The notes below the pieces were generated by a model. The model did no database searches, was not told the DNA's origin, and saw nothing but the letters and a program-made list of their open reading frames with translations. A stretch of 64,000 bases of DNA from Eledone cirrhosa (taxonomy: Eukaryota), in contig OZ024744.1 of assembly GCA_964016885.1 (NCBI GenBank), forward strand, positions 68,882,001 to 68,946,000, given 5' to 3'. This document shows, piece after piece, positions 13,587 to 27,129 of this stretch (positions are counted from its first letter, which is position 1; each line of letters starts with the position of its first letter). A program made the position numbers and the translations under genes.

Positions 13587-13633
13587 ATTCCTGATGATTT
13601 CTAAAGAATGAAACAGTTCTAGTCCTGTAGAAT
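13587..13633 (+). ncRNA. Type I hammerhead ribozyme
   Basis: attc-CTGATGA-t ttc taaa gaa t-GAAA-cag ttctagtc ctg-TA-gaat. The cleavage triplet is GUA. Confidence 0.7.
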
Positions 13634-13667
13634 CTCATCTATATTTTATATATATATATATATATTT

Positions 13668-13719
<52 letters not shown>

Positions 13720-13848
13720 ATATATATATGTACACACACATAAATACACTTTTATATTAAGTGGTATTAGGCTTGGTGAAATAATCCCCGGAAAGTAATG
13801 ACTTATAGCATCAACTATAGACACATATTTCCCATCTATCTATCTATC

Positions 13849-15255
13849 TGGGGTGAGGTAACGAACAGGGTGTTTGCACTGACCCAGAAGTGGGCCGAGT
13901 GTAAACTGTCCCTGAAAGGTCGGGCGGAGGTGGCGAACACTTATATAGCGTCCGTCATCTACTACCGCCTGACCGTTGTGTCTTGCCCAAGGGAGACGCT
14001 CGCCAAAATAGAGCGCGCACTCTTCCAATTCCTTTGGAAGAAGCGGGCTCCTATGGTGAGGAGATCCATCTGCTGTCAACACCCTTCGAAAGGAGGGCTG
14101 AGGATGCCGTGGCTAATGATACGTAAACACGCATTAAGGCTACGGCACCTCCAGGTGTTCCTCACCGGTCAACTGGTGTGGGCCCCTTTTGTGAGGCGAG
14201 CCTTTCCCAAACTCGTCTCGCTCACCGAGCTGCAATCCTGGGTCAAGCAAAGACCGAGAAAACTGGGCGCCTGGCACACCGAGTGTGCCCAGGCGCTCAC
14301 GGCTCTCTGGCAGGCGGACCCGGCGGTCAGTGGAGAATCCACCTCGTCATTCTATAGAGGGCTGGTGGTTAGCAGGTGCGACGACGCCCTCGGAGAAGCC
14401 CTAGGCATGGAGGAAGACGAACTGGCCAACCTGTTCGGTAGGATATTCAGCCCAGGACGCATGGATAACTTCTAGAGGTCCCTGGCCTGGCAGTGCTACC
14501 GAGGGGCTCTGCCCGTTCGAGAAAGGCTCTACAGACACGGGTGCCCGAGTAGGGACCCCTCGAAAAAGATCTGTCCCAGATGCGTGTGCCACGAGGAAAC
14601 CGTTGCACACGCATTAGTACACTGCTCGGGCATTGCCGATCTGTGGGGCTATGTCGAACAACTGCTGTCAAGAGTGGGACCGATCCGGTTGACCACCGAG
14701 TCTATTGTAACGATCAAGCCGCCTCCCCTCTTCAAAAACGAAGGAGAGGCGGTGATTCTGTGCGTAGTAGCCATGGCGAAAGAGGTTGTATGGTGGACGC
14801 GTCTGAAAGGACTGAGGTCAGACACCTTTCTCTCTGGCTAACAACTGGTCAGTTTCTTCCGATATCATTTCGGAAGAAGGATCAGGATGGAGAGAGAGGT
14901 GCTGCACCCCAGCCGTTTCTATGAAAGATGGGTAAAAGTGGCGAGAATGGCCCGTGTGAATGGGCCTTCACTCTACATCAGACTGTAGTTGAGAAAGATG
15001 AAAGATCATGGGAGCACCCTCTCTCTGTGCTCCTGAGGAGAAGGGTTGCAAACTTTTTTCGGGTGTGTGTGCGACCCCCAAGGCGCCTCCTCCCTATTGA
15101 GGATTTTGTTTTTCAATTTATTTTTGTTATTTTTTATATTTTATATTTTTATATTTTGTTATTGCCTCCTCCTTATTGAGGACGCCTGTTTATGTAAACT
15201 CCCCCCATTGTACTTGTCCCACTCTTTGATGCCCTGGTGGCAAATAAAAAGAAAG
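13849..15255 (+). mobile_element. L1/Tx1-clade LINE 3' fragment
   Basis: LSLKGRAEVANTYIAS..., GGLRMPW and CPRC...EETVAHALVHC, highly similar to 19756-21130. The 3'UTR ends in AATAAA. It is flanked by (TATC)n on both sides. Confidence 0.92.
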
Positions 15256-15315
15256 TTATCTATCTAACTATCTATCTATCTCTCTCTCCCTCTTTCTCTT
15301 TCTCTATCTCTCCCC

Positions 15316-15396
<81 letters not shown>

Positions 15397-15407
15397 CTAT
15401 CTATCTC

Positions 15408-18400
15408 TGGGATGAACACACGTGTGAAACTTGGTGGGTAAGTTCTGCTTAAATTTCTATAGAAATTCTTGACTGTGAGCCTTCATTTTTATACCAATTT
15501 GTAGAGGGACTGCCAGGTCAAATTTTGATCTGGTCAGTCTCTTAAAATATCCTAGGCCTATAGGCGAAATACTTCATGACAAATTGTTTAGAAAAACTAA
15601 CGTTTAAAAAAAAAATGGTTGAAGCAACAACTTCTTCACCAACATTCGAAAGAGGAAAAGGGAAGATATGCTTACAGCTTCCCCCTTCCACTGTCATAGT
15701 AGCAGATGTCTCAGACAAAGGCCAGAGAGAGGAAGGATTTTTTTCACATGCTGACCGACAACTTGACGTTGCCATGGCAACAAACCAAAACCAAAAGTGA
15801 GAAACAATGAACAAAAACAACACAACCAGCACCACCAGCAACAACAACAACAATGCTATGAACGAAAACAACACCAAGAACAACGAAGACAACAACAATA
15901 ACAAGAACAAAAAAGACAACAACTCCAGCACAAACGAAACCGACCAAACACACCAAAAGTATAAAACGTTTGCAGGAAGCCTTGCCAACGAGACAGAGTC
16001 TATAGAGATAGATCTGTCAAACCAAGCATAGCCCCAAAAAGACGCCCCGCAACATATAACTTTCGAAGGTAACGGCTTTCGAATAAGTACCCCACCGGAA
16101 ATTAGGGCCGCGATCTAAGAAAAACAATTTTCTTCCGGACGATCTGCTCACAAACCAAGAAATCGATGGCTTTAAGCAATAGCACGGTGGAAACCGCGCT
16201 AAAGGAGGCAATGCCAGACATTGCTTACCACCAGAGGGCCAAGCAGTATAGGAGCATCTCTGTGCTCTTTAAAAACGAGGCCCTCGCCCAGAAATATTCG
16301 GTGGCTCCAATTAGAACGAGCCAACACATCTTCTTTTCAACATACATGGGAAGAAGAACCCATAAAATAAGGATCTCGCAGATCCCACCAACATTTGGTG
16401 GATCCTGAGTGGTTTTTTGGAGAAGACAACCTCCTCTCTGCAAAAAAATCAATCCGACAGACTGGAGCGGGACCTCAATTGAGCTTTTAGTTCAAATGAA
16501 ACCGGAGAGGATTGAAAAATACCGGAAAGGGTGCCGGTGGATGATAACCATGTTGTCCACATGGCAGTGGAGGGCGAAAGACCACAATGTTTCAAATGGG
16601 GAAAAGACACATATTTAAAAGCATTTTGCCCAATGCTGGATGTGGAAAAACAAATGAAGGCGTTGTTGCCAACCCCAAAACTACAACAGACATACCCGAA
16701 AACAAAAAACACAACCCCCAAACCATCAACATTCACCCAACTATCACAAACCACAAAAGACACCACACCAAAAATTCCCCTGAAGGAATCTGTCCCACCC
16801 CTTACCCCTCTGTCCAACACTCCCAGAAATACACACACAAACACTCCACCACCACACAACATACCCCTCCCATCTACCCACAATGATAACACCTCAGACA
16901 CGGGAACCTCAACATCTCCAAGTGAGGGTGAAGCGGAACCTCAAAAATCCAAGAAGCAAAAAAGACACAGAAAAAAATACAACAAAAGCATCAACTGAAA
17001 ACACGCACACACCCAACACTGACATAAACATACCACCAGAAACGACAACCACACCAACAACACAACCAGACACTTCACTAATAAAACAAACACTCACACC
17101 ACCACAATCACAAACTACAACTACAAAAGAAAACTACAAACAGAAACAGTACATATAAAAAACAAAACACATTACACATACATAAAAACAAGAAAAAATG
17201 AACTGGTGGAAACTGTCCGAAAGGACCCCACAATACAAACGGAAGAGAAAACCTTCCCCACCAACGACCCATCCCCAAACCTCAAACTTATCAGGGTAAC
17301 AAACCTACAGTATGAAACTTTAAAAGAGAATTCCCCACATGACGTGCCCCCCTTGCCAAAAGCCCCTTAACCGTATCCTGCTAAAAGGATTCCCTCCCTC
17401 CCCAAACACCACCAATCTGGACATAGAGATCAAACAACCTGACCTCCAGGAAACGAAAAGGTAAGTGTTCCTGCTTTTTCTCTCCTTAACTCTTCTTCAC
17501 CAACATGGCGACTATACAAGTTGGATGTTTGAATGTACGTGGCCTGGGCATGTCCTGGAAACAGGGCCAGCTTTTAAATGATCTCAGGTCACATTGTATA
17601 GATGTAATAGCCATCATCGAGTCCAGAATTCACGACAAGCAGCAGCTAACCCCCATGTTCAAGGATTTTGAGATCTACGCATCTCTCTGTCAGCCAGGAG
17701 GTTGAGGGAGAGTTGCTGTTCTGTTTCGAAAAATCTTGGATCTCAAAATACAGACGATTCACTTGGACCCGGAGGGCAGCCTGGTGATCCTGGACGTGAA
17801 TGGTAGTGAAGGTGGGGCTTTTAGACTGGTGGCCGTATATGCCTCGACCAGAGTTCTTCAAGCGTCTGGAGCCATTCCTGGGAACGTCTCGCTCCTTAGT
17901 GTTAGCGGGGGATTGGAATGGCATCTTAGACACACGTTGGGACTATGTAGGAGCTTGTGATAATAGAGTGAGGGGGGGGGGGGGTAATAGCCTCAAAAAT
18001 CTCATCAGCGAATTCCAACTCGCTGATAGATATCGACTAGACTTCCCAAGTGCACCGCTGTGGACGTGGGCAACCGCACTGGGTCTTCTAGATCGTATTT
18101 AAATAAATGTTTAATTAGACAGAATGATAAGGAATCATTAAGCTGTCCACAAATGCACATGGTTGCCTATTCAGACCACAAATTAGTCACCTGCATAGCC
18201 AACCTTGATAGAACACATAGACAGGGACCCGGATACTGGAAGCTAAACATCTCGCTCCCGGCGCGTAAGGCCTACAGTAAACGGATTAGCACCTTAGTTA
18301 AGAGCCAGTTGGCGGGGGCGATCGTCAACAACAGGTGGTGGAGCTCTCTCAAGGGAAAAATTAGAATAGAATCGATAGCATTTAGCAAGGAAGTAGCTTT

Positions 18401-21132
18401 AGAAAGAAACAAAACTGAAAAGGAACTGGTAGCTAAAGTAGAAGAGGCACTTGGGAATGGCAGTACAGCTGACGTGCTAGCGGCGAGAACAGCACTAGAC
18501 CAGTTCTTCAACGTGAAACACGAAGGTTGTATTGTCAGAAGTAGAACACCTGCTCTAAGAAACGAGGGAGCCAAAGCTGTTAGCTGGGCCCGACTGACAG
18601 AGGCGAAAAGTGGCAACAAATCTACAATGTGGTCTTTGAATCCAAGCAGATGTGCACGGCCTTCCAGCAGCATTTTGCACAACTGTTCGGGCAAAGCAGT
18701 ACGCGAGCGAGGTGATGGACTTCAGCCCTACCTCGACGGCGTACTACGACTCTCGAGCAGAGATGACGGGAGCTGCGAAATGCCGATCACAGCGGACGAA
18801 ATAGAAGATGCCCTAGGCCACTGCGGGAAACGCAAAACACCCGGTTTAGATAGTCTACCCTATGAGTTTTACATAGCCAGACTTGTTCTTTGGCGTCCTC
18901 GAAACGGTCTACTGCAACTGGCAGCAGAACGGGAGGATTCCCAGTTCTGTAGGAAGAGGCGTAGTAACGCTGATCAGGAAAGATGAGAACAAGGGGGATG
19001 AGATAAACAATTTCAGACCCATAACTCTGCTCAAGTTAAAGATTTTGGCCAAGGTGTTAGCAACGAGGCTGGTGTTTGTCGTCGAGAACCTGGTAGGGGA
19101 AGCGCAAACGTGCGCAATCCCGACCAGGTCCATACACGACAACCTCCACCTCATGCGATACATCATAGAGAGGGTAGGGTGTAAACCCGGCTTCGGTGGG
19201 GCCCTGATCAACTTGGATCAGTCTAAGGCTTTCGATAGGGTTGACCATCGTTACCTGGATGCGGTGCTCGAGGCGGCAGGCTTCGGACCCGTGTTCAGAG
19301 GCTGGATTGCTGCAATGCACAACAGCAACATCTGCTCAAGGGTCAAGGTGAACGGCTACCTCTTGGAGCCGTTCCATATTACGCGATCCATTCGACAGGG
19401 ATGCCCTCTCTCCTCCCTTCTGTACGTACTGACTCTCGAGCCACTACTGCGGAAGCTGGAGCTATTGCAGGGCATCCCTCTGGAACCGGGACTGCGGAAA
19501 GCGGCGTCGGCCTACGCCGACGACGTGACAGTAATGGTGTCGAGCGCCTCGCAAATCGAGGAAGTCGGCACCTTACTAAAGGAATCCGAAAGTCTCACAG
19601 GAGCGAAGCTGAACCGGGACAAGTCCATCGGTTTGCAACTCGGCACGTGGAGAGGCAAACCGATGCCTTCCGATGGCGTTGTCGGACGCTGGACGGAAGG
19701 ACCGGTAAAGCTGCTCGGGGTCTGGTTTGGTCCGGACCTCCAGGTGGAGAAGAACTGGAACGAAGTGACGGCCAAGGTGTTTGCACTCACCCAGAAGTGG
19801 GCCGAGTGCAAACTATCCTTGAAAGGTCGAGCGGAGGTGGCGAACACTTTTATAGCGTCTGCCATCTACTACCGCTTGACCGTCGTGCCTTGTCCAGCCA
19901 AAGCGCTCGCCAAAATGGAGCGCGCGCTCTTCCGATTCCTTTGGAAGAGGCGGGCTCCTTTGGTGAGAAGATCCATCTGCTGCCAACACCCTTCTAACGG
20001 AGGGCTGGGGATGCCGTGGTTGACGATGCACAAACACGCGCTCAGGCTGCGGCATCTCTACGTATTCCTCACCGGACAACCGGTGTGGGCCCCGTTCGTG
20101 AGGCGAGCCTTCCCACGACTCGTCTCGCTGACCGAGCTGCAGTCCTGGGTCAAGCAAAGACCGAGGAAAATGGGCGACTGGCACATCGAATGTGCTCAGG
20201 CGCTCACAGCCCTCTGGCAGGCGGACCCGGCGATCAGTGGAGACTCCACTTCGTCATTCTATAGAGGGTTGGTCCCCAGCAAGTGCGACGACGCGCTCGG
20301 TGAAACTCTAGGCGTAGAGGAAGATGAACTGGCCAGTCTGTTCGGTAGGACCTTCCGCCCGGGACCGATGGACAACTTCCAAAAGTCCCTGGCCTGGCAG
20401 TGCTACCGAGGAGCTCTACCAGTTCGAGACAAGCTCTACAGACATGGGCGCCCGGGCAGGGACCCTGCAAAAAAGATCTGTCCGAGGTGCGTGCGAGACG
20501 AAGAAACCGTCGCGCACGCATTCATACACTGCCTGGGCGTCACTGACCTGTGGGACTATGTAGAACGACTATTGTCGCGGGTGGGACCAATCCAGTTGAC
20601 CACCGAGTCCATTGTCATGATCAAACCGCCACCCTCCTTCAAAAACGAAGGAGAGGCGGTTTTCCTTTGTGTGATAGCTATGGCGAAAGAGGTTGTATGG
20701 TGGACAAGGTTGAAAGGGCTGAGGTCAGACACCTTTCTCTCCGGCCAACAACTGATTCTTTTTTTCAAATACCACTTTGGAAGAAGAATCAGGATGGAGA
20801 GAGGTGCTGTACCCCAGCAAGTTTTATGAAAGGTGGGTGAAAGTGGCGAGAATGGCCCGAGTGAATGGGCCTTCTCTCTATATCAGCCTGTAGGTTGAGG
20901 AAAAGGAGGAGGAGAGGAAAGGAGTACAAGCTCTTCGTACTCCTGGAGATGAGGGTTGCACATTTTTTTTCAGGGGTATGTGTTACCCATATAAACTGTC
21001 TCCCTCTATTGGGGAAAATCGACTAACTTTTTAAATTCCATTTGTGATAACATTTTACACGTTTTTATTGTATGTAAACTTCCCCCTTTGTATTTGTCCC
21101 CTTCTTTTGTGCCCCTGTGGCTAATAAAGAAA
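15408..21132 (+). mobile_element. L1/Tx1-clade LINE, full-length, degenerate ORF1 and ORF2
   Basis: ORF1 pieces have an Asn-rich N-terminus and a degenerate CCHC knuckle (CFKWGKDTYLKAFCP). ORF2 from 17505 has LNVRGL, GDWN, SDHK, GPGYWKLN, NFRPITLL, DQSKAFD, RQGCPLS, YADD and CPRC..ET..H...C. It has AATAAA and (TATC)n flanks. Confidence 0.93.
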
Positions 21133-21138
21133 TATATC

Positions 21139-21215
<77 letters not shown>

Positions 21216-21219
<4 letters not shown>

Positions 21220-23200
21220 GGATTTAAATGGATACAGTTTAGTTAAAAGGAATTTATTGACACGTGTTTCAATAACAGTTACATAACCTGAAAACAGCTG
21301 CTATCTACAAAGTATTAGTTATGCAGACATTCAATATTTTAATGTTATTATCAACTGTCATTTCATCAGAATAATTTTACTGAGGACCTGTTTGGTTTTT
21401 ATAGAGAATATTAGGAGGGAGGGGTGAAGTTGTTAGAAGAATAGTTGAGGGAGTGGTTTTTTGATAGCAGTGAGAATTTTTGGTGGCAGTGAGTAATTAG
21501 ATTCCCATCTGTTGTTTTGACATTTTTATAGAATATATTATTGGTTATTTTTCTAAATCTATAGAAGGATTAGAGATAGTATAGATATGCATGGTTGGTT
21601 TTGTGTTTGCACTTAATTAACATTCAGACTTAAATTATTCTTTCAAGTGTACGTATCCTTTCGCCTACGCATTCACACACAAACATATATGCACACCTCT
21701 ACAAAATACATATACTCACATATACATACTTACATGCTCATACTTACATACATATACACATGCACATATATATATATATACATATATATACATATATACA
21801 TGTACATACATACGCATTCATGTGTATACATTTTCATACTCAACTTATCTTTATATACACACGTATAGACACACACATATATACATACATACTCCAGTCT
21901 ATGTGTATATATATATATATATATATAAACACTTTAATACATGAATACACTTACATCTAACTATACACATCAAACATATATATATATTTACTTATTTATA
22001 TACATTTTCACATATATATACATACATATGGTCGCTTTTAGACACATTCATTATAGCATATTCGCACCTATTCTCATCAGCATATTTTCCATTATTAGTG
22101 TGGTAATTTAAGGTTATTAATATACATATATATGTTGAGAAGAGATTGTTTTTATATTTTTCTAACTAGATTGAAGTTTATATAGTTGGGGGGATGTCCC
22201 TCTTTTATGTAATATTCAGCTTGTAGTGGGAAAAAAGGGTTTTAGTTCGGTGACGGCAGAATAATGTTCGTTCAATTCTGTTATTAAGCAATTTCTTCTT
22301 GTGTGTGATTATGGAATAAATCTCAAGATTACACAATTTGCAGAAATTTTGGCTCCTGGAAAAGCTTTGGGTTTTAGCTAATTTCTCCCATTTTAAGGTA
22401 AACTTTTGATCGCTATCCCTGAGCGCCCAAGCTTTTTCTGCTAAAGTTGTTACATTTCTTTGGCTCTGGTGTTTTATTGAGTAAGAATGCCTATATAATC
22501 GAGATTTAAACGATGTTGCCGTTGATCCCACGTAATACCACTTGTTGCTTCCGGATTTAATAGTACACTTATAAATGATATTTTTTTCCAGGCAGTTATT
22601 GCCGAGGGGGTAGTTGTCAGGATAAGTGCAGTTACAGTTGTGTACGTTGGGTTTTCTCTGGAGTAGTATTACGGACGAACTTAGGTGTGGTTTATTTATG
22701 TTCTGTAGTGTATTGTCTACTGTTTTTGTTTGTGTTCTTTGTACTTAAGTTTTTAGTGTTTTCGTATAACCTTCTAGTATTGATCTTTTTTATGTGTTGT
22801 TCAAGGTTTAATGCTGTAGAGTATGACAGTCTTATAGTGGTAGGGTTTAGGATTTTGTGGTATGTGTGTGATGTAGGAAAATGTCTCTTAATTATTTTAA
22901 AGAAGAGTACTGGTAAATTTGTACTAATGGAACTATTGTATTCAGGGTTATACCATAAGTACTCTTTGCATCGCTTTCTATTAGTTTTGTTTGTTGGTTT
23001 ACTGGTGTGTATACTATGGTAGTAAGTGTGGTTTGGTGTTGTGTTATTATATCTACCTATGTGGGATTTATTTTGGGTGTTTTGATTGTTCTCATCTATA
23101 TACTCTATTTTGTTGAGGTAGCCTGCTTTACTAAGGGCGTTATCGTAGTACTCGGCGTGTTCCTTAAATACTTGTATGTTAACAACACTACGGAAAATAC
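21216..23200 (-). mobile_element. Penelope-like element 3' portion (Hydra-type): RT thumb/linker, GIY-YIG EN, 3' pLTR with hammerhead
   Basis: YYDNALSKAGY, WYNPEY, IRLSYS, CNCTYPDNYPLGNNC, IIY...YVGST, FKSRLYRH and CKLCNLE. Linkage of the 21216-21640 terminus to this ORF is inferred. Confidence 0.8.
21254..21374 (-). ncRNA. Type I hammerhead ribozyme with a 70-nt loop II
   Basis: Minus strand: ttatt-CTGATGA-aatgacagttg [70 nt] taactgttatt-GAAA-cacgtg-TC-aataa. Stem II is 11 bp, stem III is the palindrome ACACGTGT, and the triplet is GUC. Confidence 0.8.
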
Positions 23201-23245
23201 TGTATATATATATATACATATATATATAATAAAAAGCTCGTCGGA

Positions 23246-23283
<38 letters not shown>

Positions 23284-23285
<2 letters not shown>

Positions 23286-23412
23286 TCTGACGAGCTTTTC
23301 ATTTCAGAGTGGGGCCAGATCGATACGGATCGAACCTTGAGCTGATCTATAGCGAACGCGTGTCACCAATCAATAAACTTAATGAAGACATAACAACTCG
23401 TCCTATCATTAT
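23284..23412 (+). mobile_element. PLE pseudo-LTR fragment with a degenerate hammerhead (expanded loop II)
   Basis: ggt-CTGACGA-gct...agc-GAA-cgcgtg-TC-acc, one A short of GAAA. Homologous to 58728-58866 and the reverse complement of 53446-53585. Confidence 0.6.
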
Positions 23413-23416
23413 TATA

Positions 23417-23512
<96 letters not shown>

Positions 23513-23807
23513 CGTGCGCGTGTAAACCATTGAAATTTTTGGGGTGGAGAAGAAGAAGAGAGAGAGAGGGGGGACATCGGAGTTTGGAGAAAAAAGTTTT
23601 AAGAAGGCTGGGGTTGCTAGGCATTCCGTAATGGGTCCGAGGGGAATAGTCAGGTGTCATACACACACACAGACACATATACATATATATGTATATGTGT
23701 CTGTGTGTGTGTGTGTGCGTGCGTGTGTGTCTGTGGATGAGAGAAAGTGAGTGAGAGAGAGCTTTTAGATAGATATAATCAGTATAAAATTCCTTTTTCT
23801 ATGTATA

Positions 23808-23853
<46 letters not shown>

Positions 23854-23886
23854 TATACATATAACATATATATGTATATTTATATA

Positions 23887-23936
<50 letters not shown>

Positions 23937-23975
23937 CATATATATACATATATATATATATATATGTATATATAT

Positions 23976-24029
<54 letters not shown>

Positions 24030-24119
24030 AGGTAGGTATATATGTACATAAACATGTATATAAGTACAAACATATATATAACGATATACAAATGATATAT
24101 ATATATACATCATTTATGT

Positions 24120-24237
24120 TAGGCGTGTGGCTGAGTGGTTAGAGAATTGGATTCGCAATCGTAAGGTTGTGAGTTCGATTCCTGGACCAGGCGATGCGTT
24201 ATGTCCTTGAGCAAGACACTTTATTTCACGTTGCTCC
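24120..24237 (+). mobile_element. tRNA-derived CORE-type SINE
   Basis: A box tggctgagtggttag and B box gttcgattcc, followed by the CORE-like tgtccttgagcaagacacttta. Confidence 0.8.
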
Positions 24238-24599
24238 TTCTACCTGGAGTTGCGACCGATAGATAGTATTAGCAATTGGAAAGACCAACGGAAACATTGT
24301 TCCCTCGGTCCGATATGACGAAAGTCGATCGTCTTCCTATGTTAGGATATTTACCATTGGGTAGAACTGGTGGTGGTTCGGATTGTAAACGATGATGTAA
24401 TAAATTAATTAAAGCACTGAACATTATGCAGATCATCCATAGTAGATGTAGTAAACCGTGTCTGATGCAGGAATGAAGTTAACTATTCATTAAAACAACA
24501 ATAGAAGGTCGGGCTGGAAAATTTACTTTGGAATTTTAATTCTACGAAATCACTATTCCTAATTCCATGCCCCCCCCCCCCTATCATTCTATTATGTGT

Positions 24600-26400
24600 A
24601 ATAAATACTTTGTTCTGGGCAATCTCAAAACGATATCCATAACATCAACTGCGTCCTTCACCTCATCGTTGTTGGTATTCAATTCATCCTGGCTTACTCC
24701 ATTTCTTTTTTTGCCTTGACATCAAGTTTATATATCATGTTATTCCTGACGCCGCAGACTTCCGAACCCTGAATCACTTCCTCAACTTTAAAGTTCTACT
24801 CCTTAACCTTTCACCCCGACGCTCATCTGTCTGGTTATACTTCCTGGGGCTTTCAATTGTTCTTCTCGAGTGAAATATAACAGCAGGTTATTAAACTAAC
24901 CTCCTCATCAGTTACGTTTAAAGGCAAATCTCTCAATTCACCAATCCCACATAGTTTGCTTAATGTCGTTAATTTGAAAACTTATTCGGCACCACTTCTC
25001 TTGCCTACGAACGGCTCAACTCATATATTTATTTATTCTTCTCCTTTCACTAATCTCTCGATTTCAGCTCTCTTTGCTAGTTCCGTGATCTTTCTCGATA
25101 TCACTATCTCCATCAAGCAAATCATCGCTGTCTCGCTCCCTCTGTCTTTTACAAGCGCACAGATTCCGGTTCCTATCTCGATTTCTCCTCTAGGGGGAAC
25201 AGCAACTCATTTTTTTCTTTTCAAAATTTCAAGGCCATGGCCTATTTTCCTGGCTCTACATTTCCTTAGCTGACACATAATCGCACAACCACCACACATC
25301 TCACTTCTACCCCCCCCCCATATATATATATGTGTGTGTGTGTGGGAGAGAGAGAGACACACACACACATAACCACTGTCACAACACACGCATATACTGA
25401 ACACGTCATCATCTACTTCAATTTTTTTAATCTCTGCTGCTTTAAAAGCCGAAACCAGGATTTTGAGATTCAGGCTGAAGCCAAGGGTAGGATATTTATT
25501 CAGCGCCGATGCTCTCTTTAGACCAAGCCGCTCTTAATTGCGCCTGTAAAGTCAGCAAATTCAACGCCTCTATTATTAACTACCTCTCTTTTCTCAGGAA
25601 CTGTTAATATTCAAGTATGTATTCGCGGTGGACCTTCATCTCTTCCATCACCTACAATCTGACCTTGTCACCACCGCTTCTTTCCTCTTCCATCATACCC
25701 CCCTTTCAATCGGACTCTTAACCTATATAATCTTCTTGCCCATAGCTCCCTTCTTACCATATTCATATTATTATACCTGCCATCACCAATACCATAAACC
25801 TGACCGGACCCAACGACCATATGTTCCTCATCAGATATGCCTTGACCAATCTTATTTGAAGGTTCTGCCTCTGCAGAATTATCTATACCGGGAAACTGGA
25901 CGTAGAATAGCGAAGAGATCACATCTATGACATCAGGCTTAGTAATGATACTCCAGTCTTTTGACATTTCTCTTCCACTCATCACAGTATGCAAAAAGTT
26001 CCGGCATTCGGTTAATTTCCACCTCTCACCTCCAGAGTGAATAGCAACTCATTTTTCTCTTCAAACTGTTAATACCATGGTCTACATTCCTGGCTCTGTT
26101 TACCTTGACCGACACACCCACACTGATACACGCAACCAACACACATCCCACTTATACATATACATATAGAATTAGAGACACACGCATAACCAGGGTTACA
26201 ACACATATTGACTCAGATACTGTTGTCTCAACGCACACCGTGACAACATACGCACATACAGAAAAACAGACGCACTGACGCACACATTCAGACAGGCACG
26301 CACACTGACACACCGAACCTGCTACTATACACACATTTTAACTATGATACCGCCTCTCCTTCCTCTTACCGGTCATCGACACCCTTAAGGAGCGTCAATA
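24600..26400 (-). mobile_element. Two diverged tandem remnants of an unidentified element, possibly CR1/L2-type 5' end/ORF1
   Basis: 25160-25260 and 25995-26097 are diverged direct repeats (..agcaactcattttt..ccatgg.cta..ttcctggctct), each followed by a CA-rich tract. Similarity of the translations to LINE ORF1 is weak. Confidence 0.3.
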
Positions 26401-26849
26401 ATCAGTTCTTCCCTTCCACAAAATTCCTGATATAGAAAATTCTAAATTTATGTAGTAATGGAGGTGGTGAGGGTTGTGTTGGTGATGGTAGTGTTGCTTC
26501 AGTAATGGGTGTTTTGTGCATGTGTATATGTGTTTATGTGTTACTACACACACACGTTTCATGCTGCTTCACTATACCCTTCCTCCTTCTTATACCGCAG
26601 ATTCTCACACACATTGTTTCTCGCTTGTCTAGTTCTTCAATCACTAAAACTGCATACCATGTTGCCCCGACTTCCGATACCTGCTTCACACACAACTGGT
26701 GGATTTCTAAATTCTTACAGCGGTTTCTCTTGCCTCTGAAGAATAAAATGTCATTTTCCATAACAGCTTTACGATTTTATTGCGCAATTACATAACGCTG
26801 AGATAGCTGTGGCATATGACATATATAAATATTCATAGCCAAATTCGTG

Positions 26850-27085
26850 AATATTTATTATAAATAAATATATATATTATAAAATGCACATATAATATAT
26901 ATATTATAGATCAATAAAATACACATATAATACATATATTATAGATAAATATAATATACATATAATATATATATTATAGATAAATAAAATACATATATAA
27001 TATATATACTATAGATAAATAAAATACACATATAATATATATATTATAGATAAATATAATATACATATAATATAAATATTATAGA
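26850..27085. repeat. AT-rich minisatellite (~33-37 bp, tattatagataaataaaatacacatataatatata)
   Basis: Tandem units seen directly. They resume at 33144-33200 on the other side of the Helitron. Confidence 0.85.
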
Positions 27086-27129
27086 CTAGCAGCAGTACCC
27101 AGCGTTGCCTGGGTAGGTAAAATAATATC

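Noticed and set aside
22025-22085. Additional minus-strand hammerhead (atatg-CTGATGA...taaaagcgac-catat)
   Set aside because: The GAAA and NUH positions are mutated and stem II does not pair. At best a relic.
24120-24195. tRNA gene
   Set aside because: A and B boxes are present, but there is no proper acceptor stem and it continues into a CORE-SINE domain.
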